This document shows positions 39,322 to 48,629 of a stretch of 64,000 nucleotides of DNA, one piece after another. Origin of the DNA: Bacteriovoracaceae bacterium (lineage in GTDB: Bacteria; Bdellovibrionota; Bacteriovoracia; Bacteriovoracales; Bacteriovoracaceae); assembly GCA_965217035.1 (NCBI GenBank), contig OZ244226.1, positions 62,001 through 126,000 of the forward strand. Reading direction: 5' to 3'. Made by a program: the position numbers and the translations under genes. Positions within the stretch are counted from its first letter, which is position 1. Each line of letters begins with the position of its first letter. The notes under the pieces are model-generated. The model saw only the letters and a list, made by a program, of their open reading frames with translations. It did not search any database and had not been told where the DNA came from.

Positions 39322-39972
39322 ATGAAATCACTAATTTTTTCAGCTTTAATTTTAATAAGTCTCAATACCTCGGCTAATGAGTATTACTGTCAAAAAGCCT
39401 ATCAAACTAAAATCGAAAGGATTAATAAAAAAGCTATTCTCAGACATACAGGAACATTTGTTGTCACTGGGGCCCTTGGATGGGGAGTTCTTGTTAGTGG
39501 GATAGGATTACCTGCCTTAATCTTTGGTGCACCCGCTGGAACAATCGGTTTCATCGCAACTGTAATGGGAGCATCTTACTACCTTCATTCGATGGATGAA
39601 AAGTTTGTAAAAAGTACATTTAATCGAGCTATTAATCTCAATAGAGAAAAAGGGCTAAGAGCTGCCATTCAGCTCATTGATACTCTTCAATACACAGAGG
39701 AAGAACTTAAGGCCCTTACTTATAAAGAATACCAAAAGATTGATCCATATATTCATTTCAATGATTTCAAGCAAGTCACTCTTATGGATGTCATGCTTGA
39801 AAAAGTTAATAGAAAAAGGGCACGAAAAGACAAAGAGTTATTTTCCTACGAAGATCTCAGAAAAAAACTATTACTTCTTTCTCAAACATCTGCATTTTGT
39901 CCTATGAGATCAGGAAAAAATAGGCCAAAAACAATAAGGCAAATAAAAAAACTGATTGATCGACTCGATTAA
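39322..39972 (+). CDS. Hypothetical exported protein with a Gly-rich hydrophobic hairpin
   Basis: Signal peptide from ATG 39322; segment GALGWGVLVSGIGLPALIFGAPAGTIG; two Cys. Confidence 0.6.
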   Translation: MKSLIFSALILISLNTSANEYYCQKAYQTKIERINKKAILRHTGTFVVTGALGWGVLVSGIGLPALIFGAPAGTIGFIATVMGASYYLHSMDEKFVKSTFNRAINLNREKGLRAAIQLIDTLQYTEEELKALTYKEYQKIDPYIHFNDFKQVTLMDVMLEKVNRKRARKDKELFSYEDLRKKLLLLSQTSAFCPMRSGKNRPKTIRQIKKLIDRLD

Positions 39973-40628
39973 CGACAGAGACACTTTTTCAATTCACAGT
40001 TCACGACCTTGTCTTGAACTGTGATGCTTAATTCTTTGATCTGTGTTTTATCCTGAGTATAATAAAGACTCATTCCTGCACCTGAGAATGCTTTTATTTC
40101 CTCTTCTAAAGTAAACTCTTGAATTTCAAAGTATGACCTTATAGTTTCTAAATTCTCTTCGCCATTATATTCAACACTTTGAACTGAACCATCAGAGAGT
40201 TCTTTTACAACTTTTAAATCAAAAACCTCTTTTTTTTCAAACTCTAAGCGCTTATAAGAAAAGATTAATTTTTCATTTTGAAGGTTAAATCCATGATAAT
40301 TTTTTCCTATTATCAGGATATCTTTTACTGATTTTTTCCCATCTGTAAGATTCTCAATCATTTCCTCTGGATCATTGGAGTAGAGATTTGTTCCCAAACA
40401 TTCATTGATAACTTTAATTTGCTCCGGAACCTCTTCACTTATAACTTGTCCAATGGGATCACTTTCACTTATCCCTTTCTCAACAAACGAATCTTCTTCA
40501 GAAGTCTCAACTTGGATTGAATCTTCTATCTCTATTTCATTTGAATCTCCTGTCAGCATCCAGACTAAGACAAGGATAAGACCCGCAGAGAGAGCAAGAA
40601 TAATAATTTTACCTTTTTCTTCTTTCAT
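39969..40628 (-). CDS. Hypothetical membrane-anchored acidic protein
   Basis: Single N-terminal TM helix; operon-like packing with upstream genes. Confidence 0.6.
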   Translation of the reverse strand: MKEEKGKIIILALSAGLILVLVWMLTGDSNEIEIEDSIQVETSEEDSFVEKGISESDPIGQVISEEVPEQIKVINECLGTNLYSNDPEEMIENLTDGKKSVKDILIIGKNYHGFNLQNEKLIFSYKRLEFEKKEVFDLKVVKELSDGSVQSVEYNGEENLETIRSYFEIQEFTLEEEIKAFSGAGMSLYYTQDKTQIKELSITVQDKVVNCELKKCLCR

Positions 40629-41364
40629 ACTTATAAAGATTCTTTTGAATAAAGTTCCATTGAGAGTTCATTGCTTGAATATCATTCGCGATATTTTTAT
40701 CAATCTTCTCAGCATTCTGTATTGAATAAATAAGACCATACATGCTCTTGTTCATCAACCGAAAGTTTTGTGGTAAGAACTGCAAGTTTGTTGTTTTCGC
40801 GAGCAAGAAATGTGACTGGGTAATAAAATTCTTCCAAAAATCATAATTGGGATTTCGCAAGACATTAGGGCAAAGTTTATTAAGTTTTGTGAAAAAACCT
40901 CTCACATAAGTCTTCAATTCCTCATTAACCTTATACCTCTCGCGAACACTCAATGATGTTTTTTTAACTTCATATTCGACAAACAAAAGTTGTACTTTTA
41001 AAAGAATCTCCAATGTCATGAATTCTAAATCAGGTAAACGTTTTTCTAGTTTCGTGAAATTTTGATAGAGAGAGTCAAGAGAATCCATCATTTCGAAAAA
41101 TATGTTCTCACATTCAAACTTAATATTTTCACTGCATTCAGAAACATATTTCTGATGAATTTTAAGAATGAAGTTATATTTTGAGAGAAGTCCACGAAAA
41201 TTTTTCTCAGATTTCGTTAAAGTTTGAATCACATTCCAATAACGACCCTGGATAGAATCAAGGTAGTTAGTCAAAACACGAACTTTTCTTCTCTTTTCAT
41301 AAAACTTAGGATCAATTGGTTGAGCCATTGAGTTTAAGGAGAAAAGAAGAATTAAAAACTTCAT
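40609..41364 (-). CDS. Hypothetical secreted helical protein
   Basis: Signal peptide; start overlaps the ileS stop. Confidence 0.6.
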   Translation of the reverse strand: MKFLILLFSLNSMAQPIDPKFYEKRRKVRVLTNYLDSIQGRYWNVIQTLTKSEKNFRGLLSKYNFILKIHQKYVSECSENIKFECENIFFEMMDSLDSLYQNFTKLEKRLPDLEFMTLEILLKVQLLFVEYEVKKTSLSVRERYKVNEELKTYVRGFFTKLNKLCPNVLRNPNYDFWKNFITQSHFLLAKTTNLQFLPQNFRLMNKSMYGLIYSIQNAEKIDKNIANDIQAMNSQWNFIQKNLYKYERRKR

Positions 41365-44300
41365 TAGTGAATAACAAGCCCAAAGTCATGATCATTAATT
41401 TTGTGATCATTAGTCTCACCAGGCTTATTATCCCATAAAGCTAAATCAAGCTCCGTTGCAAGAGTTTCAGTACAAATATAATCCTTAAAAGAATTAATCA
41501 CATCCTGAAGCTCATTATTACAATAAACCGAAACTTTGATCCTCTGATCGACTTTTAAATCCAGGTCTTTTCTTGTTTTCTGAATTCTATTAACAACTTC
41601 TCGAGCAAGACCTTCATTAATGAGCTCTTGGTCTAACTCGCAAGAAAGGTTGATCGAAATGAATCGATTTGAAAGAGCATCAGTTCCTTCTTTTGCCTCT
41701 CTAAAAATAAGAATCTCATCAAGTTCAAAGTCTCTATCATTAAGCTTGATAGCACCAGAATCTTCAAAGTGCGCGATATCATCAGAACTAAGGCCTTTAA
41801 TGAAGCCTACATATTTTCCAAACTCTTTCCCAAGCTTTTTACCAAGAACAGGAGAATTTGGAAGGGCATAGAGTTTTATGTACTTGAGTTCATCTGAGTC
41901 ATAGCTAATTTCTTTTACGTTAAGCTCTGTCTTGATAGAGTCTTCTAATTTAGAGAGAGCATCTGTTACAGCTTTATCAGGATGAATAATCGTTAAATTT
42001 CTCAAAGGTATCTTAACTTTAACTTTCTCTTGAGTCCTCTTCTGACGACCAAGTAAAATAATTTCTTGCATTCTTTTCACTGCATCTTCAAGAATAGCAT
42101 CTTGAAGCTTTGACTCTGCTTCAGGGAATGTGCAAAGGTGAACACTTTGTTCTGCCGAACCCGAAATTTTTTGAAGCTTAAGATAAAGTGCCTCTGATAG
42201 AAATGGAGCAAATGGTGCCATAAGTTTATTCAAAGTTTCGAGTGTAAAGAACAGTGCATGATAGGCATCATCTTTATCCTTTGAATCCTCGGCCCAGAAT
42301 CTTTTTCTATTAAGACGGATATACCAATTTGTTAGATCATCAATAAAATCAAAAAGTGCTGGTACCACATTATAAAGTTGGTACTTATTCATCTCGGTAT
42401 CAACTGTATTTACGAGGGTCTGTAACTTCGAAAGCACCCAAGCATCCAAGATATGATCGGGTTTAAAATCAGCAAGTTTGTGCTTTGGCTTCCAACCATC
42501 GACCTCTACATAGGTTGCAAAGAATTTAAAGGAATTATACCAAGGAAGTAGGGCCTTTCGAACCATATCCTTGACACCATCATCAGAAAATTTAAGATCT
42601 TCAGCCTTCACCAATGCAGAATTGATGAGAAATAAACGAAGTGCATCTGCTCCATATTCCTCCATTAAGGCATCAGGTGCAGTATAATTTCTTAAACTCT
42701 TCGACATTTTCTTGCCATCTTTTGCAAGGACTAACCCATTAACAATAACATTTTTAAAAGCAGGTTTATCAAACAAAGCTGCCGCTAAAACAGTAAGGGT
42801 ATAAAACCATCCTCGTGTCTGATCGAGCCCCTCGGCAATATACTCAGCAGGAAAACCAGCTTTGAAAACCTCTTCATTTTCAAAAGGGTAGTGAAGTTGA
42901 GCATAGGGCATAGAACCAGATTCAAACCAACAATCAAGAACCTCTGAAACTCTTTTATACTCTCCTGATTCCCCATCAATTTTAAAAGTAAGTTCATCAA
43001 CGAACTCACGATGAAGATCATCAAGAGTTGTTCCAGTATATTTTGCTAACTCTTCGCGAGAGCCAATACAAAGATGTTTTTTAGACTCTTCATTATACCA
43101 AATAGGAATAGGAGTTCCCCAAACTCGATTTCTAGAAACCGCCCAGTCCTTAGCATTTTCAATCCATTTTCCAAATCGACCTTCTTTCATATGGGAAGGA
43201 ACCCAGTTGATTTCTTTATTAGCAGCAATCATTTTTGATTTCACTTTTTCAACGTTGATGAACCAAGTTGGAATTGCTTTATAGATTAATGGTGTTTTCG
43301 ATCGATCACAAAAAGGGTAGGAGTGAACAATTGTATCTTGAAGATAAAGCTTATTCTCATCCTTAAGTCGCTTAATGATATTTTTATCCGCGTCCTTTAC
43401 GTATTGCCCTTTATAATCAGCAACATCTTCAGTAAATTTCCCTTCGTTATCAACAGGACAGACTTTTGCTTTCACGCCAGCATCGCGAAGAACCCTCTCG
43501 TCATCCTCACCAAAGGCTGGAGCAATATGAACAATTCCCGTCCCATCAGAAGTCGTAACATAATCATCAGCATGAACTTTAAACGCTCCTTGCGTCGATA
43601 AAGATTCGAAGAAGGGAAGAAGTGGTTCATAAGCTAAACCAACAAGCTCAGTTCCTTTCGCTTCTTTTTCTATATTTTCTTCAAGTTCACGCTTTAATTT
43701 CTTTGTATAAAAGGCGAGTCGCTCTTTCGCCATCCAAACTTTCTTATCATCATCATTGAAAAGAACGTAATCAATTTCATTATTTACACAAAGACCGAGA
43801 TTTGATGGAAGCGTCCAAGGAGTTGTCGTCCAAGCCGCAATGTATTCATCACGATCTTTTATCTTAAAGAGAACAGTGACGGCAGGATCTTGAACATCTT
43901 GATAGTTCTGACCAGCTTCAAAGTTTGATAAAACCGTACCAAGTCCAGTTGAGAATGGCATAACCTTCGTATCTTGATAGACTAAGCCTTGATCCCAAAG
44001 TTGCTTAAACACCCACCACACACTCTCCATGAAGGGAAGATCCATTGTTTTGTATTGACGATCAAAGCTTACCCATCGACCCATCCGAGTAACTGTTTTT
44101 TTCCATTCCGTTGTGAACTTTTGAACAATCCCACGGCATTCATCGTTGTATTTCTTAACCCCTAGTTCAGCCACTGCTTGCATAGCAGACATACCTAAAG
44201 ATTTATTGATCTCATGCTCGATCGGAAGACCGTGGCAGTCCCATCCAAAACGCCTATCAACAAACCGTCCTTTCATAGTAAAATATCGCGGAACGATATC

Positions 44301-44495
44301 TTTGAGAGTTCCACCGACGAGATGACCATGATGGGGAAGCCCTGTTGCAAAAGGAGGCCCATCATAAAAGATATAAGGAGCACCAGATTTGGTCTGTTCA
44401 AGCGATTGCTCAAAAATCTTATTTTGTTCCCAAAATGCCAATATCTTATGTTCTGATTCAACAAAATTAAAACTCTGATTACTGGATTCAGCCAT
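41364..44495 (-). CDS. ileS: Isoleucyl-tRNA synthetase, type 2 (archaeal/eukaryote-like)
   Basis: DGPPFATGLPHHGH, GWDCHGLP, WTTTPWTLP, EGLDQTRGWF, KMSKS, long C-terminus with EGLAREVVNRIQ; ATG 44495. Confidence 0.96.
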   Translation of the reverse strand: MAESSNQSFNFVESEHKILAFWEQNKIFEQSLEQTKSGAPYIFYDGPPFATGLPHHGHLVGGTLKDIVPRYFTMKGRFVDRRFGWDCHGLPIEHEINKSLGMSAMQAVAELGVKKYNDECRGIVQKFTTEWKKTVTRMGRWVSFDRQYKTMDLPFMESVWWVFKQLWDQGLVYQDTKVMPFSTGLGTVLSNFEAGQNYQDVQDPAVTVLFKIKDRDEYIAAWTTTPWTLPSNLGLCVNNEIDYVLFNDDDKKVWMAKERLAFYTKKLKRELEENIEKEAKGTELVGLAYEPLLPFFESLSTQGAFKVHADDYVTTSDGTGIVHIAPAFGEDDERVLRDAGVKAKVCPVDNEGKFTEDVADYKGQYVKDADKNIIKRLKDENKLYLQDTIVHSYPFCDRSKTPLIYKAIPTWFINVEKVKSKMIAANKEINWVPSHMKEGRFGKWIENAKDWAVSRNRVWGTPIPIWYNEESKKHLCIGSREELAKYTGTTLDDLHREFVDELTFKIDGESGEYKRVSEVLDCWFESGSMPYAQLHYPFENEEVFKAGFPAEYIAEGLDQTRGWFYTLTVLAAALFDKPAFKNVIVNGLVLAKDGKKMSKSLRNYTAPDALMEEYGADALRLFLINSALVKAEDLKFSDDGVKDMVRKALLPWYNSFKFFATYVEVDGWKPKHKLADFKPDHILDAWVLSKLQTLVNTVDTEMNKYQLYNVVPALFDFIDDLTNWYIRLNRKRFWAEDSKDKDDAYHALFFTLETLNKLMAPFAPFLSEALYLKLQKISGSAEQSVHLCTFPEAESKLQDAILEDAVKRMQEIILLGRQKRTQEKVKVKIPLRNLTIIHPDKAVTDALSKLEDSIKTELNVKEISYDSDELKYIKLYALPNSPVLGKKLGKEFGKYVGFIKGLSSDDIAHFEDSGAIKLNDRDFELDEILIFREAKEGTDALSNRFISINLSCELDQELINEGLAREVVNRIQKTRKDLDLKVDQRIKVSVYCNNELQDVINSFKDYICTETLATELDLALWDNKPGETNDHKINDHDFGLVIH

Positions 44496-44602
44496 AACTA
44501 ACCTAATTTTATTTAGCTGGAGTCTATTTCCTAGCTTGTGATTCAATTTTTGATGTATAATATCATTAATTCAATTACTTAGGAAAGTTCAGGAGCGCTC
44601 AT

Positions 44603-44779
44603 ATGTTTGGATTGGGAGTTGGAGAATTAATTGTCGTGGCCGTCGTGGTCGTGATCTTTTTTGGCGCTAAACGCCTTCCTCAAATGGGTGGCTCACTTGG
44701 TAAGGCCCTAAAAAATTTCAAGACTGAAGTCACGAAAAAGGATGACCCAGAAATTGAAGATAAATCCGAAGAAGCTTAA
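44603..44779 (+). CDS. tatA: Twin-arginine translocase TatA/E (58 aa, absent from the ORF track)
   Basis: MFGLGVGELIVVAVVVVIFFGAKRLPQMGGSLGKALKNFK; AGGAG RBS. Confidence 0.93.
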   Translation: MFGLGVGELIVVAVVVVIFFGAKRLPQMGGSLGKALKNFKTEVTKKDDPEIEDKSEEA

Positions 44780-44978
44780 AATTAAATCAATCTAAATTTA
44801 TTTTCTCATTCAAGAAATTCTTAATCAAATCAAAAGGCTATAACCATTTCACTGGTTATTTTTTAGATAATGAATTTTCTTTGATTTATCAAAAAGAACA
44901 AATTCAGAGAGGTCTGAGTTATATTCAAGAAAGATTCAGAGAGTATGGGTATTTGGAAGTAGGATCCTATTTTTAAGT

Positions 44979-45791
44979 CTAAAATGCTCTAAAGAAGTCG
45001 ATATTGATACAACAAAGCTCTTCTTCTTTTGATCCCTTAATCGAATCCAAGAGATCCTTTACAACATAAGAGAATTTTTCTTTTAATTTTTCATAATCTT
45101 TTTTAGAAATAACAAGAGGGCAAGTATAAAAGAAGTCTTTCCGAAAGTTATGATTATTAATCTTCTCCAATGATTTCTGCCTCCAATTTATGTGATGATT
45201 TGCAAGAAATTCAGAGTCTTTGCCTAAGTGAATCTTTTTTGCACTTACTTTCAACTCTCCATTTTCATTTTCAATGAGTTTACATTTTAACAAAAAATCG
45301 AAAGCTTTTTGAAACTCATCTTCTGGTAATAATGTATATTCAAAGATTTGATTAGCATTTTTAAGTTCTGGAATCATACTTAATAAGCGGATTGCACCAT
45401 ATTTCCAATTTGAATAATATTGAGATTTTTCAATTTGAGTCAGCTCTCGTTCTGATTCAATAATATTTTTTAAGTCTCTTGTCTCTTTTTTAATATCGTT
45501 TAACTTTTTTTCGTAATACTCTTTTAGCTTTAAACTACCTGCCTTAGAAAAATTCAAAAGAGTCATAAAGTAATCGCTTTCTAAATCTTTTAATCCTAAA
45601 AAAGAACAAGTGAGTATTCCTTGCTCTTGACTCAACTCTTTTTTCCCGGAAATAACTTGACTTAAAAAACTACTATGGACATTGATTGCTTTTGAAAGCT
45701 TTAACTTCATCCCACGCCCATCTGGAGGCATTATTTTTTTAAAATAGGAAAGCATGCAGCTTCGATAATCAGAAAATTCAAAAACACTCAA
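44979..45791 (-). CDS. TIGR02147/DUF4423-family putative DNA-binding protein
   Basis: SVFEFSDYR, RGMKLKLSKAINVHSSFLSQVISG, YYSNWKYGAIRLL, HHINWRQKS, NIDFF; TTG start. Confidence 0.88.
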   Translation of the reverse strand: MSVFEFSDYRSCMLSYFKKIMPPDGRGMKLKLSKAINVHSSFLSQVISGKKELSQEQGILTCSFLGLKDLESDYFMTLLNFSKAGSLKLKEYYEKKLNDIKKETRDLKNIIESERELTQIEKSQYYSNWKYGAIRLLSMIPELKNANQIFEYTLLPEDEFQKAFDFLLKCKLIENENGELKVSAKKIHLGKDSEFLANHHINWRQKSLEKINNHNFRKDFFYTCPLVISKKDYEKLKEKFSYVVKDLLDSIKGSKEEELCCINIDFFRAF

Positions 45792-45908
45792 AGTTTACCT
45801 TTTTGTAAAATTATTGCCCCTAAACTTACTATAAAATCCTTAAAATTCCATATTTTTCGAAGGAAAGTGACCCTCAGATAAAATAATTTTTCAACAAGGA
45901 GATACAAA

Positions 45909-46259
45909 ATGAAAAATTTAAAGACAATTATTGCAGGACTTATCATTGTAGCAGGAATTAGCGCACAGGCAAAAACTCAATCAAGATCAAAAGATGATGT
46001 TGCATTTGCAGGGGATGATGCATTTGTTATTTACAGTACAGAAGTTTCTAAGAAAATTTACAAAAATCTCAAAATTAAACCAGTAAAAACAAAAACTCCT
46101 GTGTACGAAGGTGAGTATATGGTTTTTAACACTAAGAAAGGAAGAAATATTGTATGCGCACACATAAAAGGCTTCACTACGAAAGGGAAGCTTATAGGAA
46201 AGGATGTTAGATGCACTGCAACTTTCGATTTACTCAGCGGTATGGCACTAGACTATTAG
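45909..46259 (+). CDS. Hypothetical secreted basic protein
   Basis: AAGGAG RBS, signal peptide AQA, two Cys. Confidence 0.65.
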   Translation: MKNLKTIIAGLIIVAGISAQAKTQSRSKDDVAFAGDDAFVIYSTEVSKKIYKNLKIKPVKTKTPVYEGEYMVFNTKKGRNIVCAHIKGFTTKGKLIGKDVRCTATFDLLSGMALDY

Positions 46260-46268
46260 TTTAAATAG

Positions 46269-46313
46269 AAGAATCGGTTTAATGCCCTTAAGGTTTTGAA
46301 CCGATTCTTTTTT
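46269..46313 (+). terminator. Rho-independent terminator
   Basis: AAGAATCGGTT...AACCGATTCTT followed by a T run. Confidence 0.7.
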
Positions 46314-46334
46314 AAGATACCTTAGGACAGAAAC

Positions 46335-47636
46335 ATGCTAGATAAAAACTTAAAAAATTTATTCTTTTTTATTTTTTTTTTGTTGATTTCATGTGGAGAC
46401 AATAAAAAAACTGAATTACCTCAAATTACCCCTCAAGATCAAGCTACTAAATTACCTCAAATTACCCTTCAAGGTTCAAATGCTCAGGAGGAGGGATATG
46501 ACAGCGGAGGCGTTGATTTCGCCTTCTTCTTCAAAAAAGATAAGCTTGCTTGGTTTGAAGCTAAACAAGCTCAAATTAATATCTGTATCAAATCACCAGA
46601 GAATTTTTATTTTTCGACTTTTGAGCTAAAAGAACTCATAAAAGATTCATTCGCTCGATGGGGGCGATATATCCTCCGGAAAGACACTTCTCTAGCCGAT
46701 ATTCTTGGAAACCCTTGGGATAAAATAAACTTCCCAGAGTCATGTGAGCAGACTAAGGATAATATTATTTTTTATTTCGGGGGCGAGGACAACAAGGATA
46801 TAAAAAAAATACAAAAAAGGTTCAACCAACCTCTTGGTCTAAGTTTTCAAACCAAGAAAAACGGAATCATTTGGATTGCGAACTCTTTTGAGTTCAAAAA
46901 TAAAAAAAATGCGATTTCAAAGGAATGGTTTCAAATGATTCTGCTCCATGAAATCGGACATGCTTTTGGAAATCATCATATCCATGGAACTATCATGGAT
47001 GAAACTATTACAAGTAAACTGTTTTTTTCAAAGTGGATCAAATCAAAGGGCTTTGACTTAGAAATCCCTTCTTTCGATAACTTAATAAGTATTGATCAAA
47101 GTAAAGAGCTCATTCTTGAAGAGAATTATCCTTTAAACTTTACAGGAATTTTCAGTATCGATGAGAAGACTTCTAAAACAATTTTAAAAGAGATTTCACC
47201 TGAAATACGAGGAGACAAAGAAATAAGCCTCGCTGAACTTGAAATAACGAAGAGAGGATATATTTTTCCAAAAGGTTTTCAAGCGGTTTTGAAACTCAAC
47301 ACGAAAGAAGGCAAAACTGAATTTCATATTGAACTCGATAACAAAAACTACTCAGAGAATATCTTAGAAGAAGCTTTTTTCTCCTATTATAGAGACTATG
47401 ATGTTTCTTACTTTCTCCAACATAAGTCTTTCATCCAAACTGGGATTTTAACAACAGAATCAGGAAATACGTTTAATGTAATCTTAGAGAGAAATACTGA
47501 TTATACACAAAATATAACGAGTCTTAGTGATCTTGATTTAAATGATTTTTCCATTGATAAATTTAACTCTTATCCGCTGAAAGTTTTTATTTTATTAAAA
47601 GGACGAAAAGTTCCTCTCTTTGCGGGAAGACTTTAG
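46335..47636 (+). CDS. Lipoprotein zinc metalloprotease (metzincin-like)
   Basis: Lipobox LISC; HEIGHAFGNHH (HExxHxxGxxH) and Met-turn-like TIM. Confidence 0.8.
   Translation: MLDKNLKNLFFFIFFLLISCGDNKKTELPQITPQDQATKLPQITLQGSNAQEEGYDSGGVDFAFFFKKDKLAWFEAKQAQINICIKSPENFYFSTFELKELIKDSFARWGRYILRKDTSLADILGNPWDKINFPESCEQTKDNIIFYFGGEDNKDIKKIQKRFNQPLGLSFQTKKNGIIWIANSFEFKNKKNAISKEWFQMILLHEIGHAFGNHHIHGTIMDETITSKLFFSKWIKSKGFDLEIPSFDNLISIDQSKELILEENYPLNFTGIFSIDEKTSKTILKEISPEIRGDKEISLAELEITKRGYIFPKGFQAVLKLNTKEGKTEFHIELDNKNYSENILEEAFFSYYRDYDVSYFLQHKSFIQTGILTTESGNTFNVILERNTDYTQNITSLSDLDLNDFSIDKFNSYPLKVFILLKGRKVPLFAGRL
46410..46474 (+). repeat. In-frame 36-bp-period tandem duplication
   Basis: ACTGAATTACCTCAAATTACCCCTCAAG / ACTAAATTACCTCAAATTACCCTTCAAG (TELPQITPQ / TKLPQITLQ). 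Confidence 0.85.
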
Positions 47637-47638
47637 AT

Positions 47639-48607
47639 CTACTTTTTTAAATATCCAAGATGATGAATAGGAGAATCTTTGAACTTCTTTCGACGTTTAT
47701 CATACTCTTCAGTTGTTTTAACTGAGGAATGTCCGACATCTCTAGAAACTTTATAAAGATCAGCTCCATTCTCTAAAGCTGAACCGATATAACTGGCTCG
47801 AGCGCTATGGCTAGAAACATTTTGAGGGACACCCGCACGCTTACAAATTGTTTTAACAATATAGTTAACAGACTTGGGGTTAAGAGGTTTTACAAGATTA
47901 TTTTCACTTGGATTCCGTGTTGGTTGAAATAACCAATCCTCATATTCAACTTCACGATTTTGAGCTTTCATCCAAGAAAGATAATCCTCAATGGCTTCAA
48001 CGCAATCTTGAGGGAGAACTTTGGTAAGCATCTTTCCCCCCTTAGCTTTCACTTTAATCATAGGAATATTGTTTTCGTAATAATAATCACCTCGTTTGAG
48101 GTTGATCAGTTCAGCTTTTCTTATTCCTGTCATAAAAAGTGTTGAAACAACCGCTCGATGAAGCAGAGCTGAATTTGAATTATTACTTTCTAAGATCTCT
48201 ATAATCTTTTGAACCTGTTCGTCACTCAAATCATTAGTAGGATTTTGAACTTCTTGTCGGGGTCGCTTGATGGAATGAAAAATATTGTACTCTACGAAAT
48301 TTTTCTCAACTAAGAAGTCGAAAAAGCTTGAAACTGCTGACATCTTTCGATTAGTTGTTTTAGGGGCATACTCATTATCCACAAGCCACTTTTTAAAGGC
48401 TACTGCGTGAACTCGCTGAAGACTCTTTAGTTGCCTTATTCCTTGCATATAAGAAGCGAGAAAATCAAAAAACTGATTAATATCCGTTCGATAAGACTTC
48501 TTCGTGTGATCTGAGTTGAAATTCTCAAAGAATTCAAAGAATAGGGGATTATCCCTAAGATCCTGCTCTGTAATAAGTGGGAACTCAGTTTTAATAGCTA
48601 AACTCAT
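47639..48607 (-). CDS. Xer-like tyrosine recombinase A
   Basis: N-terminal SAM-like domain; TGIRKAEL, KGGK, HSAR, GHSSVKTTEEY. Confidence 0.9.
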   Translation of the reverse strand: MSLAIKTEFPLITEQDLRDNPLFFEFFENFNSDHTKKSYRTDINQFFDFLASYMQGIRQLKSLQRVHAVAFKKWLVDNEYAPKTTNRKMSAVSSFFDFLVEKNFVEYNIFHSIKRPRQEVQNPTNDLSDEQVQKIIEILESNNSNSALLHRAVVSTLFMTGIRKAELINLKRGDYYYENNIPMIKVKAKGGKMLTKVLPQDCVEAIEDYLSWMKAQNREVEYEDWLFQPTRNPSENNLVKPLNPKSVNYIVKTICKRAGVPQNVSSHSARASYIGSALENGADLYKVSRDVGHSSVKTTEEYDKRRKKFKDSPIHHLGYLKK

Positions 48608-48629
48608 ACCTCTATTATAAAGTAAGAGG

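Noticed and set aside
48375..48383. TTATCCACA DnaA box (and TTATTCACA at 14267-14275)
   Set aside because: Isolated single boxes, one inside a CDS; no oriC-like cluster.
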